A DNA stretch of 56,068 bases from an uncultured Alphaproteobacteria bacterium (GTDB taxonomy: Bacteria; Pseudomonadota; Alphaproteobacteria; HIMB59), in contig CABXST010000001.1 of the NCBI GenBank assembly GCA_902514885.1, positions 1-56,068 on the forward strand, read 5' to 3'. The notes under the pieces are model-generated. The model searched no databases. It was not told the DNA's origin and worked only from the letters and a program-made list of their open reading frames with translations. Position 1 is the first letter of the stretch. Every line of letters starts with the position of its first letter. Shown piece by piece: positions 1-9,360 of this stretch. The position numbers and the translations under genes were made by a program.

Positions 1-315
1 AACCGTATTATTTTCTTTAATTATATCTTTATCAAAAATATTAGATAAATTTTCTAGTGTAATATTTTCAAAATAACTATTAGATTTTTCTTTATCGAAA
101 ATTGGATCAGTTAAACTCTCAATACTTATTATTTCATAATATTTTTGAAATTTTTTTTTATCAAAATAATTGATATCCATTTCGTCATAAATAATAGTTT
201 CTTCATCTTTTATTTTCATAAAATCTGAATAACTAATGTAAAAGCAAATTAGGCTTATTAAAAACAATAACGTTGTTAATGAAGCTTTTATTGTAAAACT
301 ATTTGTTCTTGCCAT
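1..315 (-). CDS. Partial CDS running off the left edge; N-terminally membrane-anchored protein of unknown function
   Basis: Read manually: ATG at 315, open to base 1 (MARTNSFTIKASLTTLLFLISLICFYISYSDFMK...), with one hydrophobic segment. Not in the ORF track. Confidence 0.7.
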   Translation of the reverse strand, partial: MARTNSFTIKASLTTLLFLISLICFYISYSDFMKIKDEETIIYDEMDINYFDKKKFQKYYEIISIESLTDPIFDKEKSNSYFENITLENLSNIFDKDIIKENNTV

Positions 316-359
316 TTATTTCTTTATAAAGAAGTAAAATCATTTGATTTGTTATCATA

Positions 360-1316
360 ATGGAAAAATCTAAAAAAATACTAGTCAATATATTTCAAGA
401 AACTACTAAAATTTTTTGGATTTTATTCAAAGTTATACTTCCGGTCGTCATAGTTATCAGAGCTCTTGAGCTTATAGGAGCTATCCCTTTTTTAGCAAAA
501 TTTCTTGAACCATTAACAAGCTTTATTGGAATTGATGGTTCACTAGGCTTAGTTTGGATGGCTGCAATATTGGTAAATATATATGCAGGATTAGCTGCTT
601 TTGCATCACTTCAAGCTATTTTTGATTATACTGTAGCTGAGACAACAATTTTAGGTTTAATAATATTGATAGCTCACAGTCTGCCAATTGAGGTAGCTAT
701 TGCAAAAAAATCAAGAATTTCTTGGATATTCAATTTAAGCTTTAGATTTATAAATGCAATTGTAGCAGGCAAAATATTGAACTTAATATTTACTAAATAT
801 GAATTATTTAATGAGCCTAATCAGTCAGTATTACAAGTTCCAAATGAATTAGTTTCTAACTTTGAATGGGCCATCCTACAAATTCAAAATTTCTTTATAA
901 TTTTTTTAATAATATTTTTTATTATATCAACAATAAATGTCCTTAAGGCCTTAGGTGTTTGGTCATTTATAATTCATATAATGAAAATACCTTTGTCCTA
1001 TTTAGGCATGTCTGAGAAAGTAGCAAATATAATCTTAATTGGATTAACTCTTGGAATATCGTTTGGTGGGGGTTTTTTAATTGAGGAGTCCAAGAAAAAT
1101 AATATCTCAAAGAAAGATATTTTATTATCCCTGTCTTTCCTAAGTCTTTGCCATAGCATAATCGAAGACACAATATTGATTTTACTATTAGGTAGCCATA
1201 TTTCTGGCATTTTATTTTTTAGATTTATTTATACTGTAATTATAATTTTATTAATGAAAATATTGTTAGAAACAAAAATGCAAAAGTTTATACTAAGTAA
1301 ACTTACAGATGGATAA
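360..1316 (+). CDS. Nucleoside-recognition (Gate) domain integral membrane protein
   Basis: Multi-TM protein with two repeated halves; GL...G...GG and LCHSIIEDT motifs typical of Gate-domain membrane proteins. Confidence 0.65.
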   Translation: MEKSKKILVNIFQETTKIFWILFKVILPVVIVIRALELIGAIPFLAKFLEPLTSFIGIDGSLGLVWMAAILVNIYAGLAAFASLQAIFDYTVAETTILGLIILIAHSLPIEVAIAKKSRISWIFNLSFRFINAIVAGKILNLIFTKYELFNEPNQSVLQVPNELVSNFEWAILQIQNFFIIFLIIFFIISTINVLKALGVWSFIIHIMKIPLSYLGMSEKVANIILIGLTLGISFGGGFLIEESKKNNISKKDILLSLSFLSLCHSIIEDTILILLLGSHISGILFFRFIYTVIIILLMKILLETKMQKFILSKLTDG

Positions 1317-1926
1317 CTACATTCAATTTCCACGTTACTCAATTTACTTAATTCCTAATTTATTATTTATTGATCAAGTAAATGATTTACTTTTGAAAAA
1401 TAATATTAAATTTGATAGCCAAAAATTGTCTAAATATGGTTTACATTATACAGTAAAAGCTCCTTTTTATTTAAGTCATCTTTATAGTGAGGAAATTCTA
1501 ATAAAATCTTTTCAAGACTATTTTAAATCTAATCAAAATGTTTCTTATAAAGATAAATTTAACATCTTAGGTCTTAAAAAGCATAAAAATGTCTTTGCTT
1601 TAGAGCTGAATACAAATGATAAGTTTAATTTTCTATGTAACGATATAATGAGATATTTTGATCTTTTTAGAAAAACTCTTAATCAGCAAGAGACTCAAAT
1701 TGATCTTAAGCGTTTCAATAATTTATCCTCTTTAGAGATGGAATATTATTTAATATGGGGCTATCCTTATTTGTTTGAGTTTAATACCCATCATGTTTCA
1801 ATTGCAGATATGTCAAAAGAGATCATATATAACGATACTATAAGATCCCTGGAATATTCCAGTATTAGTCTTATGAAACAAGACGTTGTAAATGGAAATT
1901 TTCAGACCATTTGCAAAATTAATTAA
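1309..1926 (+). CDS. DUF1045 family protein (2H phosphoesterase-like)
   Basis: RYSIY, YGLHYTVKAPF and WGYPYL...HVS match DUF1045 (YGFHATLKAPF, WGYPYV...FHMT); two Hx(T/S) motifs. Confidence 0.8.
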   Translation: MDNYIQFPRYSIYLIPNLLFIDQVNDLLLKNNIKFDSQKLSKYGLHYTVKAPFYLSHLYSEEILIKSFQDYFKSNQNVSYKDKFNILGLKKHKNVFALELNTNDKFNFLCNDIMRYFDLFRKTLNQQETQIDLKRFNNLSSLEMEYYLIWGYPYLFEFNTHHVSIADMSKEIIYNDTIRSLEYSSISLMKQDVVNGNFQTICKIN

Positions 1927-1997
1927 TCTAGATTTTTTAATAAAAATATATCTATTATTTACTCTATAATAATACTCAAATATTATATTTTCGACTT

Positions 1998-2879
1998 ATG
2001 GGTATTTATGTAAAAAAAAGAAATTTTGCAGGTCTTAGATCGTTATTATTAATTTTAGTAATAACTATAGTTATAATTGCCTCTTACTACTTTGTTTTTC
2101 AAGAAAATAATAAAATCATTCCAGATAATGAATTAAATAGTTCTAATACACAGTTAGAGGAAAATATTAATTATATTCAAGAAAAAGATCTTAGTGCTTA
2201 TCTAAAAAAAGAAGATATGAAAGTGTACTTAACAAACTTTGAATTTGATCAGAGTATGAAGAAATTTGTAGAGGAAAATCCAGATTTTATCTTAAATGTT
2301 TTGCGTGAATACCAATTAAATCAAAATAAATTAGAACAAGAAAAAATTAATAAGGAAAATATATCAAGCATACAAAATTTAAATTTACAAGCTCATCCTA
2401 TGTATTTAGGTAATGCTAGTGGCACAAAAGTTATTTATGAATTTGTCGATTACAATTGTGGCTACTGTGAAAAATACCACCAGGAATTAATTAATGTGAT
2501 GAAAGAGGATACTTCAGTAAAAATAGTTATAATACAAATGCCAATTTTAGGTAATTTTTCAAAGGATTTAACAACTATTGCTCTAGCTTCCTCATTACAA
2601 GGTGAATTTAAAACAGTTCATAACTATCTATATTCATCTGAAAGAAAATCAAACATGGAGGATATTTTAGCAGATCTATTTCTAAAGGGCGTTGATCTTC
2701 AAATACTTAAAAAAGATATGGACTCCCAAGAAGTGAAAGACTTTCTATCAATTCATAAGAGTTACGTCGATGAATTTAAATTTACTGGAAGCCCAGCAAC
2801 AATCATAGGAAATCAAATTATTCCAGGTTTTATTGACCAAAGTAAAATTATTGAGATTTTGGAAAAAGAATTTTCCTGA
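1998..2879 (+). CDS. Membrane-anchored DsbA/Com1-like thioredoxin-fold protein
   Basis: N-terminal TM, ENPDFI helix, EFVDYNCGYC (CxxC), cis-Pro loop GSP, IIPG. Confidence 0.85.
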   Translation: MGIYVKKRNFAGLRSLLLILVITIVIIASYYFVFQENNKIIPDNELNSSNTQLEENINYIQEKDLSAYLKKEDMKVYLTNFEFDQSMKKFVEENPDFILNVLREYQLNQNKLEQEKINKENISSIQNLNLQAHPMYLGNASGTKVIYEFVDYNCGYCEKYHQELINVMKEDTSVKIVIIQMPILGNFSKDLTTIALASSLQGEFKTVHNYLYSSERKSNMEDILADLFLKGVDLQILKKDMDSQEVKDFLSIHKSYVDEFKFTGSPATIIGNQIIPGFIDQSKIIEILEKEFS

Positions 2880-2884
2880 ACTCA

Positions 2885-4405
2885 ATGAAAATTAGTAATT
2901 TCTCTAAGATTTCAACTAATATTTTTGGATCTCGTGTAACAGGCTTCATTAGAGACATACTTTTTGCAAACTATTTAGGTGCAAACTTAATGTCAGATGC
3001 ATTTCTTTTTGCTTTTAGATTGCCAAATTTATTTAGAAGAATTTTTGCTGAGGGTTCAATGAATAGTGTTTTTATACCCCTATATGTCAATCAAGAAAAA
3101 ATAAATTCGAAAATGGCCAAAGATTTTATATGGATAATTTTTAACTTTTTTTTTGTAATTACATTATTTATATCTTTTTTAATATTTTTATTTAGTGAAC
3201 AAGTAATATCAATACTAGCACCAGGGTTTTTATTAAATAAAGGTCAATTTTTATTTGCAAATGAGTTATTAAATATAACTTTTCCTTTTTTAATATTTGT
3301 AACTTTGTCGTCAGTATTGAGTTCAGTATTAAACGTTAAGGGAAAATTTTTCCTACCTTCTTTTTTATCAGTCATTCTTAATATTTTTATGATTTCATCA
3401 TTAGTTATTTTTAAATCTGAGTCTCACTTTGCACTTGCTTGGTCAATGATTGTTGCAGGTTTTACTCAATTAATACTTTTATTTATTAACATAGGCGCAA
3501 TTAAAATATTTTGGAGTACTGGATTAAAAAGTATTAACGAGCTATCTGGTCAGCTAAAAAAATTCTTTAAAAGATTTTCATATTCTTTAATGGGCTCTGG
3601 TATTATCCAATTAAATATTTTTATCTCAATGTTATTTGCTTCTTTAGTAGGTGAGGGTGCAATAAGCCAAATATATTACGCAGATAGAATAATTGATTTA
3701 CCGTTCGCTCTAATTGCAGTTGCCATGTCTTTTACACTCCTTCCTTACTTGAGTAAAAATATTAGTGATGAAAGTAAAAATTCTAGAGCTTTCAATGAAA
3801 CTGTTATTTTTTGTTTTCTCTTTGCAATACCTAGTGCATTTGGCATTTTTATCCTAAGTGAGGAAATTATTAGAGTGTTATTTGGTAGGGGAGAATTTAG
3901 CAATAATGATGTACTAATCACATCGAAGATTTTACTAATATACTCTTTTTCATTGCCCGGTTATATGCTTGCAAGGATTTTCAATCAAGTATTTTACTCT
4001 TATGAGAAAGTTGAGTACCCAGTTAGGGCAGCAGTTCCTACTTTTATTTGTAATCTAATTTTATGTTTTTTATTCTATAAGCCTTTAGGTGTTATTGGAT
4101 TAGCTTTAGCTGGTGCTATAAGCGTATGGTTAAATCTATTTATTCAAATTTATTATTTAAAAAAACATTTTAACAGTTTTTTCAAAAAAATAATTATATT
4201 GGATACTAATAAATTAATTAAGATTTTATTAAGCGCTTTTAGTATGTATATTTCAATATTATTCATAAAAAAAACTATATATCTAAATATATATTTTGAC
4301 CTGTTAATTCAAATTCTTATTGGTCTAATAATATATTTCCTTATACTAAATCGGCTTAAATTAAGTGAATTAAAACTTATTTTTCAATTGAAAAAATTTA
4401 ATTAG
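2885..4405 (+). CDS. murJ: Lipid II flippase MurJ
   Basis: SRVTGFIRD, AFRLPNLFRRIFAEG and YYADR motifs; many TM segments. Confidence 0.95.
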   Translation: MKISNFSKISTNIFGSRVTGFIRDILFANYLGANLMSDAFLFAFRLPNLFRRIFAEGSMNSVFIPLYVNQEKINSKMAKDFIWIIFNFFFVITLFISFLIFLFSEQVISILAPGFLLNKGQFLFANELLNITFPFLIFVTLSSVLSSVLNVKGKFFLPSFLSVILNIFMISSLVIFKSESHFALAWSMIVAGFTQLILLFINIGAIKIFWSTGLKSINELSGQLKKFFKRFSYSLMGSGIIQLNIFISMLFASLVGEGAISQIYYADRIIDLPFALIAVAMSFTLLPYLSKNISDESKNSRAFNETVIFCFLFAIPSAFGIFILSEEIIRVLFGRGEFSNNDVLITSKILLIYSFSLPGYMLARIFNQVFYSYEKVEYPVRAAVPTFICNLILCFLFYKPLGVIGLALAGAISVWLNLFIQIYYLKKHFNSFFKKIIILDTNKLIKILLSAFSMYISILFIKKTIYLNIYFDLLIQILIGLIIYFLILNRLKLSELKLIFQLKKFN

Positions 4406-4461
4406 GAATTTTATTTACTAATCTATTATTTAATTTAAAAGTACTTTTGCCCTAAATTTAT

Positions 4462-4538
4462 GGGCGTGTAGCTCAGCTGGTTAGAGTACTTGCTCGACAC
4501 GCAAGGGGTCACAGGTTCGAATCCTGTCACGCCCACCA
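4462..4538 (+). tRNA. tRNA-Val(GAC)
   Basis: Cloverleaf: acceptor GGGCGTG/CACGCCC, anticodon stem CTTGC/GCAAG, loop TC-GAC-AC, T-arm ACAGG-TTCGAAT-CCTGT, encoded CCA. Confidence 0.93.
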
Positions 4539-4574
4539 TTTACTTTTTAAGTTGATGATGTAAGGTATGTTTAC

Positions 4575-5060
4575 ATGAAAAAATTTTTATTAGCCTTTTT
4601 ATTTTACGCTCTTTCTACAAACTTAACCGTTAGTGCAAATAGCTATTCAATTTTTGGAGGCACTTATGATTACGACGATGATAATACAACCAATCTGTTT
4701 GGTCTAAATTATCACATATCTAATAACGAAATAGATTTATTGAATATTTTTACAATTAATCCAGTCATTGGAGGCTTTGTTACAGCTAAAAGTGCATCAA
4801 TGTTTTATGGGGGATTTGAAACAAATCTTGGACCTGACTCAATATATTTGAACCTTTCATCATCAGCGGGCATATATAGTAATGGTGATGGCAAAGACTT
4901 GGGAAATGCTCTTCAATTTAAATCAGAAGTGAATTTATTTTACAGTATATCTCAAGAATCTAGATTTGGTATAGGATCTCATCACATTTCAAATGCAGGA
5001 TTAGACTCAGTTAATCCAGGTACAAATAATTATTACTTGATTTACAATAGAAATTTCTAA
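4575..5060 (+). CDS. Acyloxyacyl hydrolase / lipid A 3-O-deacylase (PagL-like) outer-membrane beta-barrel
   Basis: Signal peptide; GKDLG...QFKS and HISNAGL...NPG motifs; C-terminal Phe. Confidence 0.8.
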   Translation: MKKFLLAFLFYALSTNLTVSANSYSIFGGTYDYDDDNTTNLFGLNYHISNNEIDLLNIFTINPVIGGFVTAKSASMFYGGFETNLGPDSIYLNLSSSAGIYSNGDGKDLGNALQFKSEVNLFYSISQESRFGIGSHHISNAGLDSVNPGTNNYYLIYNRNF

Positions 5061-5113
5061 ATTTAATAAAAATAATCCAATTGTTAATTTTCTAAATTTG
5101 TTTATTTTTATAT

Positions 5114-5977
5114 GTGATGACTAAAAATTTTCTAGCTTACCTATTATTCTCCATTTTAATTGTGATAATATTGGTAATAGGTTATGAGGAAATTAGAATT
5201 TATTTTGATGCTAATCCTTATATAAACGGGATAATTCTCCTAACACTTGTTATAGGATTTCTCCTTTACTCTTTTAAAATATTTTCATTGAGTTCTGAAT
5301 TTAGGTTCATGAACTCAGTGGCTTTTGGAAAATTAAAACTTAACGATTCATCTTTAGATAATTACCCAATGACAAAATCAATTGCAAATAATTTAGGAAT
5401 TACAACAGCTAATAAAAGTATCACAAAAACACTTGATGAGATACTTGACGATCTTCTATCATCTATAGAAAGCGGGAGTGATATATCTAAGTACCTTATC
5501 AATTTAGCTATCTTTTTAGGATTAATTGGAACTTTTTATGGATTACTTTTGACTATAGGTAGTGTTTCAAATGTCATTGATGGTTTAACAATTGAACAAC
5601 AGGACTTTGGGGCATTTTTTAACAATTTAAAAGATGGATTAAAGTCACCTTTATCAGGAATGACTATTGCTTTTAGTTCCTCATTGTTTGGTTTAGTAAC
5701 TTCTTTGATATTAGGGCTATATGAAATAATTACTAGAGGAGTCAAACAAAGCTATTATGAATTCTGTGAAAATCAAATTCGCCTTTTTTATAGATCTAGC
5801 CCAAATGTTAAAAAAATTACTCAAAATTCTGATAATTCATCTTTGGCCCAAAACATTGCTTCTAAACTTGATGACCTAGTTGATGGTATGAAAAATTCAA
5901 GTGATGATTTAAGAAAAGAGGTTATTACAGAGCTTAAGTCTGTAAGTAAGTCTATAAAAGACCTAGACAAAAAGTGA
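5114..5977 (+). CDS. MotA/TolQ/ExbB-family proton-channel protein
   Basis: About 4 TM segments; FLGLIGTFYGL and GMTIAFSSSLFGL helices; GTGA overlap with the downstream MotB-like gene. Confidence 0.85.
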   Translation: MMTKNFLAYLLFSILIVIILVIGYEEIRIYFDANPYINGIILLTLVIGFLLYSFKIFSLSSEFRFMNSVAFGKLKLNDSSLDNYPMTKSIANNLGITTANKSITKTLDEILDDLLSSIESGSDISKYLINLAIFLGLIGTFYGLLLTIGSVSNVIDGLTIEQQDFGAFFNNLKDGLKSPLSGMTIAFSSSLFGLVTSLILGLYEIITRGVKQSYYEFCENQIRLFYRSSPNVKKITQNSDNSSLAQNIASKLDDLVDGMKNSSDDLRKEVITELKSVSKSIKDLDKK

Positions 5978-7257
5978 GCTATCTCTCAAAAACTCAAAGT
6001 TCAGAAAACGATAATATAATTTGGCCTGGATTTGTGGATGTATTGGCATCCACATTAATGGTCATAATTTTTATTGTTTTACTTTTTACAGTAGCACAAG
6101 TTTATCTGGGTGACTTAGTTGTAGGAAAAAACCAGCAAATTCAAAGTTTAGAAAAGACTATTGATATCCAAGATGAGACTATAGTTGAACAAGATGTAAC
6201 TCTAACAGATAAAGAGATTGAATTACTTGATAGACAAAATCTTATTGAAAAACTAGATGAAGAAATATCCTCTAAACAATCTCAAATTCTTGCACAAGAC
6301 ACCATAATTCAAGATCAGTCACTTGATATAGATAAATTAAATACAATTATTGCTAAAATTACTGAAGAGCTATCCTTATCTTTATCTGATAGAGAAACTC
6401 TTCAACAAAACCTATCTGATTTAAATGAGCAACAAAAACAGTTAAAAGCTGATTTAATTAAACTTGGTGGAGAAAATAGTGAGCTAGTTGGACAAATTGG
6501 AGCATCTCAAAGTAGAATAGAAAATCTACTTGAATCTTTAAGCTCATCCGAAGATATTAATCAAGAATTACAAACCCAAATAACTTCATTAGAGGAAGAA
6601 ACATTAATACAATCAACTGATTTAGCTGAGGCTTTAAATTTAATATCTAATTTAGCTTTAGATATTGAAATACTCAGTAATGAAATTAACCTTTTGAATA
6701 ACTTATTAGAGTCAAAAGAAGCTGAAATAGCTCAAAACGAAATGGAACTTGGGGAACTAGGAGACAGGTTAAATAGAGTACTTACAAGTGAGCTATTCAA
6801 GCTGCAAAAGTACAAATCAGAATTTTTTGGAAAATTATCTGAAGCCTTAGCCGATAGAGAAGATGTTCAGATCAAAGGAGATAGATTTATTTTTCAGTCA
6901 GAAATATTATTTGACTCTGGAAGTGCAAATTTTCAAGATGAAGGTAGGATAGCTTTATCTCTTATTACCAAAACAATTATTGAAGTTACTGAGTCAATTC
7001 CATCTGATTTAAATTGGATACTACAAATAGATGGGCATACAGATAAAGTACCTATTTCAACCGCTCAATTCCCATCTAATTGGGAGCTTTCACATGCCAG
7101 AGCACTAGAAGTAGTTAAATTTCTTATTCAACAAGGCATACCTGCTAATAAACTCTCAGCAAATGGATACGGTGAGTATCAACCCATAAATTTAGGTGAT
7201 ACAAAAGATGACCTAAAAGAAAATCGAAGAATTGAATTAAAAATTACTCAAAACTAA
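5974..7257 (+). CDS. MotB-like protein: TM with Asp, long coiled coil, C-terminal OmpA peptidoglycan-binding domain
   Basis: WPGFVD...LMVIIF TM; long Q/E/L heptad region; ILFDSGSA, IDGHTD, NWELSHARA and NRRIE OmpA motifs. Confidence 0.87.
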   Translation: MSYLSKTQSSENDNIIWPGFVDVLASTLMVIIFIVLLFTVAQVYLGDLVVGKNQQIQSLEKTIDIQDETIVEQDVTLTDKEIELLDRQNLIEKLDEEISSKQSQILAQDTIIQDQSLDIDKLNTIIAKITEELSLSLSDRETLQQNLSDLNEQQKQLKADLIKLGGENSELVGQIGASQSRIENLLESLSSSEDINQELQTQITSLEEETLIQSTDLAEALNLISNLALDIEILSNEINLLNNLLESKEAEIAQNEMELGELGDRLNRVLTSELFKLQKYKSEFFGKLSEALADREDVQIKGDRFIFQSEILFDSGSANFQDEGRIALSLITKTIIEVTESIPSDLNWILQIDGHTDKVPISTAQFPSNWELSHARALEVVKFLIQQGIPANKLSANGYGEYQPINLGDTKDDLKENRRIELKITQN

Positions 7258-7261
7258 TTTT

Positions 7262-7819
7262 TTACTCAATCCACATTTTAATAATTTTATCAGGATCATC
7301 CACTAAACCATTTTTTACGGGATCACCCATTTTTATTGCATCAACAAATTCCATACCTTCGATTACCTCACCCCAAACAGTATATTGCCCATCTAGGTGT
7401 GGTGTATCTCCAAAACATATAAAAAATTGACTGTCAGCACTATTAGGATCTTGAGATCGAGCCATACTCAAAGTACCTCTTTTGTGGGGTAAATCATTAA
7501 ATTCAGCCTCAATATTTTTACCAGATCCACCTGTGCCAGCTCTTCTTAAATCAAAATTATCTGAGTCAGAGTTACCAAATTGAACATCTCCTGTTTGAGC
7601 CATAAATCCATCAATAACTCTATGAAAAACTACTCCATCGTAACTACCTTTAGCAACTAGATCAGTAATTTGCTTAACATGCTTGGGTGCCTTATCTTCG
7701 AAGGTCTTGATTTTGACGATACCGTCTTTAAGTTGTAAATTAATAACATCCTCCTTGGAATATAGATTATTAGAAAATAATAAAAATGAAATTGAAACTA
7801 GTAACTTAATCAAACTCAT
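7262..7819 (-). CDS. Exported cyclophilin-type peptidyl-prolyl isomerase
   Basis: FHRVIDGFMAQTGD, SMAR, SQFFI and HLDGQYTVWG motifs; signal peptide. Confidence 0.95.
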   Translation of the reverse strand: MSLIKLLVSISFLLFSNNLYSKEDVINLQLKDGIVKIKTFEDKAPKHVKQITDLVAKGSYDGVVFHRVIDGFMAQTGDVQFGNSDSDNFDLRRAGTGGSGKNIEAEFNDLPHKRGTLSMARSQDPNSADSQFFICFGDTPHLDGQYTVWGEVIEGMEFVDAIKMGDPVKNGLVDDPDKIIKMWIE

Positions 7820-7854
7820 AATGAGAAACTAACATAGTTTATAATCAATAAAAT

Positions 7855-8271
7855 TTATTTATTTGATAATTCTGTCGCTATAGATGTTATTTTTTTTCTA
7901 AGTGAATTAAGACCATTTGACCTTGATTGTCCTAAATGATTGGAGAGGCCGATTTCTTCAAAAAAAGATAACGGATTATTTATAATAGTTTCAGGAGTTT
8001 CCTCATTGTAAGTATAATAAACTAAATAAAACAAACCTTTTACAATTACAGAGTCACTTGAACCGGAAAGATTAATTTTTCCATCAATAAATTCTGGTAC
8101 CATCCATAAATTCGATGTACATCCTTGTACACGATATTCCTCAGTTTTATAGCTATCATCAAGAACAGGGAGTTTTTTTCCTAAATCAATTAAATATTGA
8201 TATTTGTCCTCCCAATTATCAAAAAACGAAAAATCCTCTTTAATTTTGTTGATTTTTTCATTAATTAACAT
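7855..8271 (-). CDS. sufE: SufE family Fe-S sulfur acceptor
   Basis: WEDKYQYLIDLG, RVQGCTS (conserved Cys), SDS.IVKG, SRSNGL. Confidence 0.9.
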   Translation of the reverse strand: MLINEKINKIKEDFSFFDNWEDKYQYLIDLGKKLPVLDDSYKTEEYRVQGCTSNLWMVPEFIDGKINLSGSSDSVIVKGLFYLVYYTYNEETPETIINNPLSFFEEIGLSNHLGQSRSNGLNSLRKKITSIATELSNK

Positions 8272-8310
8272 AGATTTTTGCCTTATTATTAATAACTAAT
8301 ACATTAAATT

Positions 8311-8436
8311 ATGAAAATTAAAAGTTCTCTTAAAACAGCTAAAACCAGAGATAAAAATAATCAACTGGTTAGAAGAAAGGGTAGGTTATATGTGATCAAT
8401 AAAACAAACCCAAGAATGAAAGCCAGACAAGGCTAA
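8311..8436 (+). CDS. rpmJ: 50S ribosomal protein L36, zinc-free (type B) form
   Basis: Read manually: [41 protein letters not shown] (41 aa), no Cys. Below the ORF track cutoff. Confidence 0.97.
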   Translation: MKIKSSLKTAKTRDKNNQLVRRKGRLYVINKTNPRMKARQG

Positions 8437-8439
8437 CAA

Positions 8440-9360
8440 TCAATCTAGATATTTCTCAACTTCCAATGCTGCCATACATCCCATACCAGCAGCTGTCACA
8501 GCCTGTCTGTATATTTTATCTTTTACATCTCCTGCAGCAAATACACCATCAATAGAAGTTTTTGTGCTATCTGGATCTGTGATGATATATCCTCCATCAT
8601 CCATCTTTAATTGACCTTTAAATAATTGTGTTGCCGGATCGTGTCCTATTGCAATAAATACACCATCTATTTTCAGGGTTGAGGTTTGATTATCTTTTTT
8701 ATTGAGTAAGTCTATTGATTCTAAATCATCATTACCATTAAACTTAGTTACCTCGCTGTTCCATATAAATTTAATTTTTGAATTTTCTTTTAGTCTATCT
8801 TGCAATATTTTTTCTGCTCTTAGTTTATCTCTTCTATGAATTAGATAAACTTTAGTTGCAAACTTTGTTAGAAATAAAGCTTCTTCAGCTGCACTATTTC
8901 CTCCACCAATTACAGCAACTTCTTTATCTTTAAAGAAAAAACCATCACAAGTGGCGCAAGCTGATAGTCCATGACCTTGAAATTTAGTCTCATTTTCTAA
9001 ACCAAGCCATCTCGCTTGAGCTCCAGTGCTTATTATCACAGTTTTTGCATTTAGAGTTGTGCCATTATCTAAATTTAATTTCTTTACTTCTTCATTTAAA
9101 AAAACTTCAGTTACTTGTGAATTGATAATTTCGGTACCAACGTGAGCAGCTTGTTTTTGCATTTGATCCATTAACCAAGGACCTTGAATAGGGTCCTCAT
9201 ATCCTGGATAATTTTCTACATCAGTTGTTATCGTAAGTTGACCACCTGGTTGAAATCCACTGACTAAAATGGGTTTTAGATTAGCTCTGGCAGCATATAT
9301 GGCAGCAGTATAACCTGCTGGACCTGATCCTATAATTATTACATTATTAATTTCAGCCAT
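8440..9360 (-). CDS. trxB: Thioredoxin-disulfide reductase
   Basis: GSGPAG, CATCDG, GGGNSA, HRR, FAAGD...YRQA. Confidence 0.97.
   Translation of the reverse strand: MAEINNVIIIGSGPAGYTAAIYAARANLKPILVSGFQPGGQLTITTDVENYPGYEDPIQGPWLMDQMQKQAAHVGTEIINSQVTEVFLNEEVKKLNLDNGTTLNAKTVIISTGAQARWLGLENETKFQGHGLSACATCDGFFFKDKEVAVIGGGNSAAEEALFLTKFATKVYLIHRRDKLRAEKILQDRLKENSKIKFIWNSEVTKFNGNDDLESIDLLNKKDNQTSTLKIDGVFIAIGHDPATQLFKGQLKMDDGGYIITDPDSTKTSIDGVFAAGDVKDKIYRQAVTAAGMGCMAALEVEKYLD

Noticed and set aside
5114-7257. Zorya anti-phage system (zorAB)
   Set aside because: The A subunit lacks the long ZorA tail, no zorC/D/E is adjacent, and the context is housekeeping rather than a defence island.
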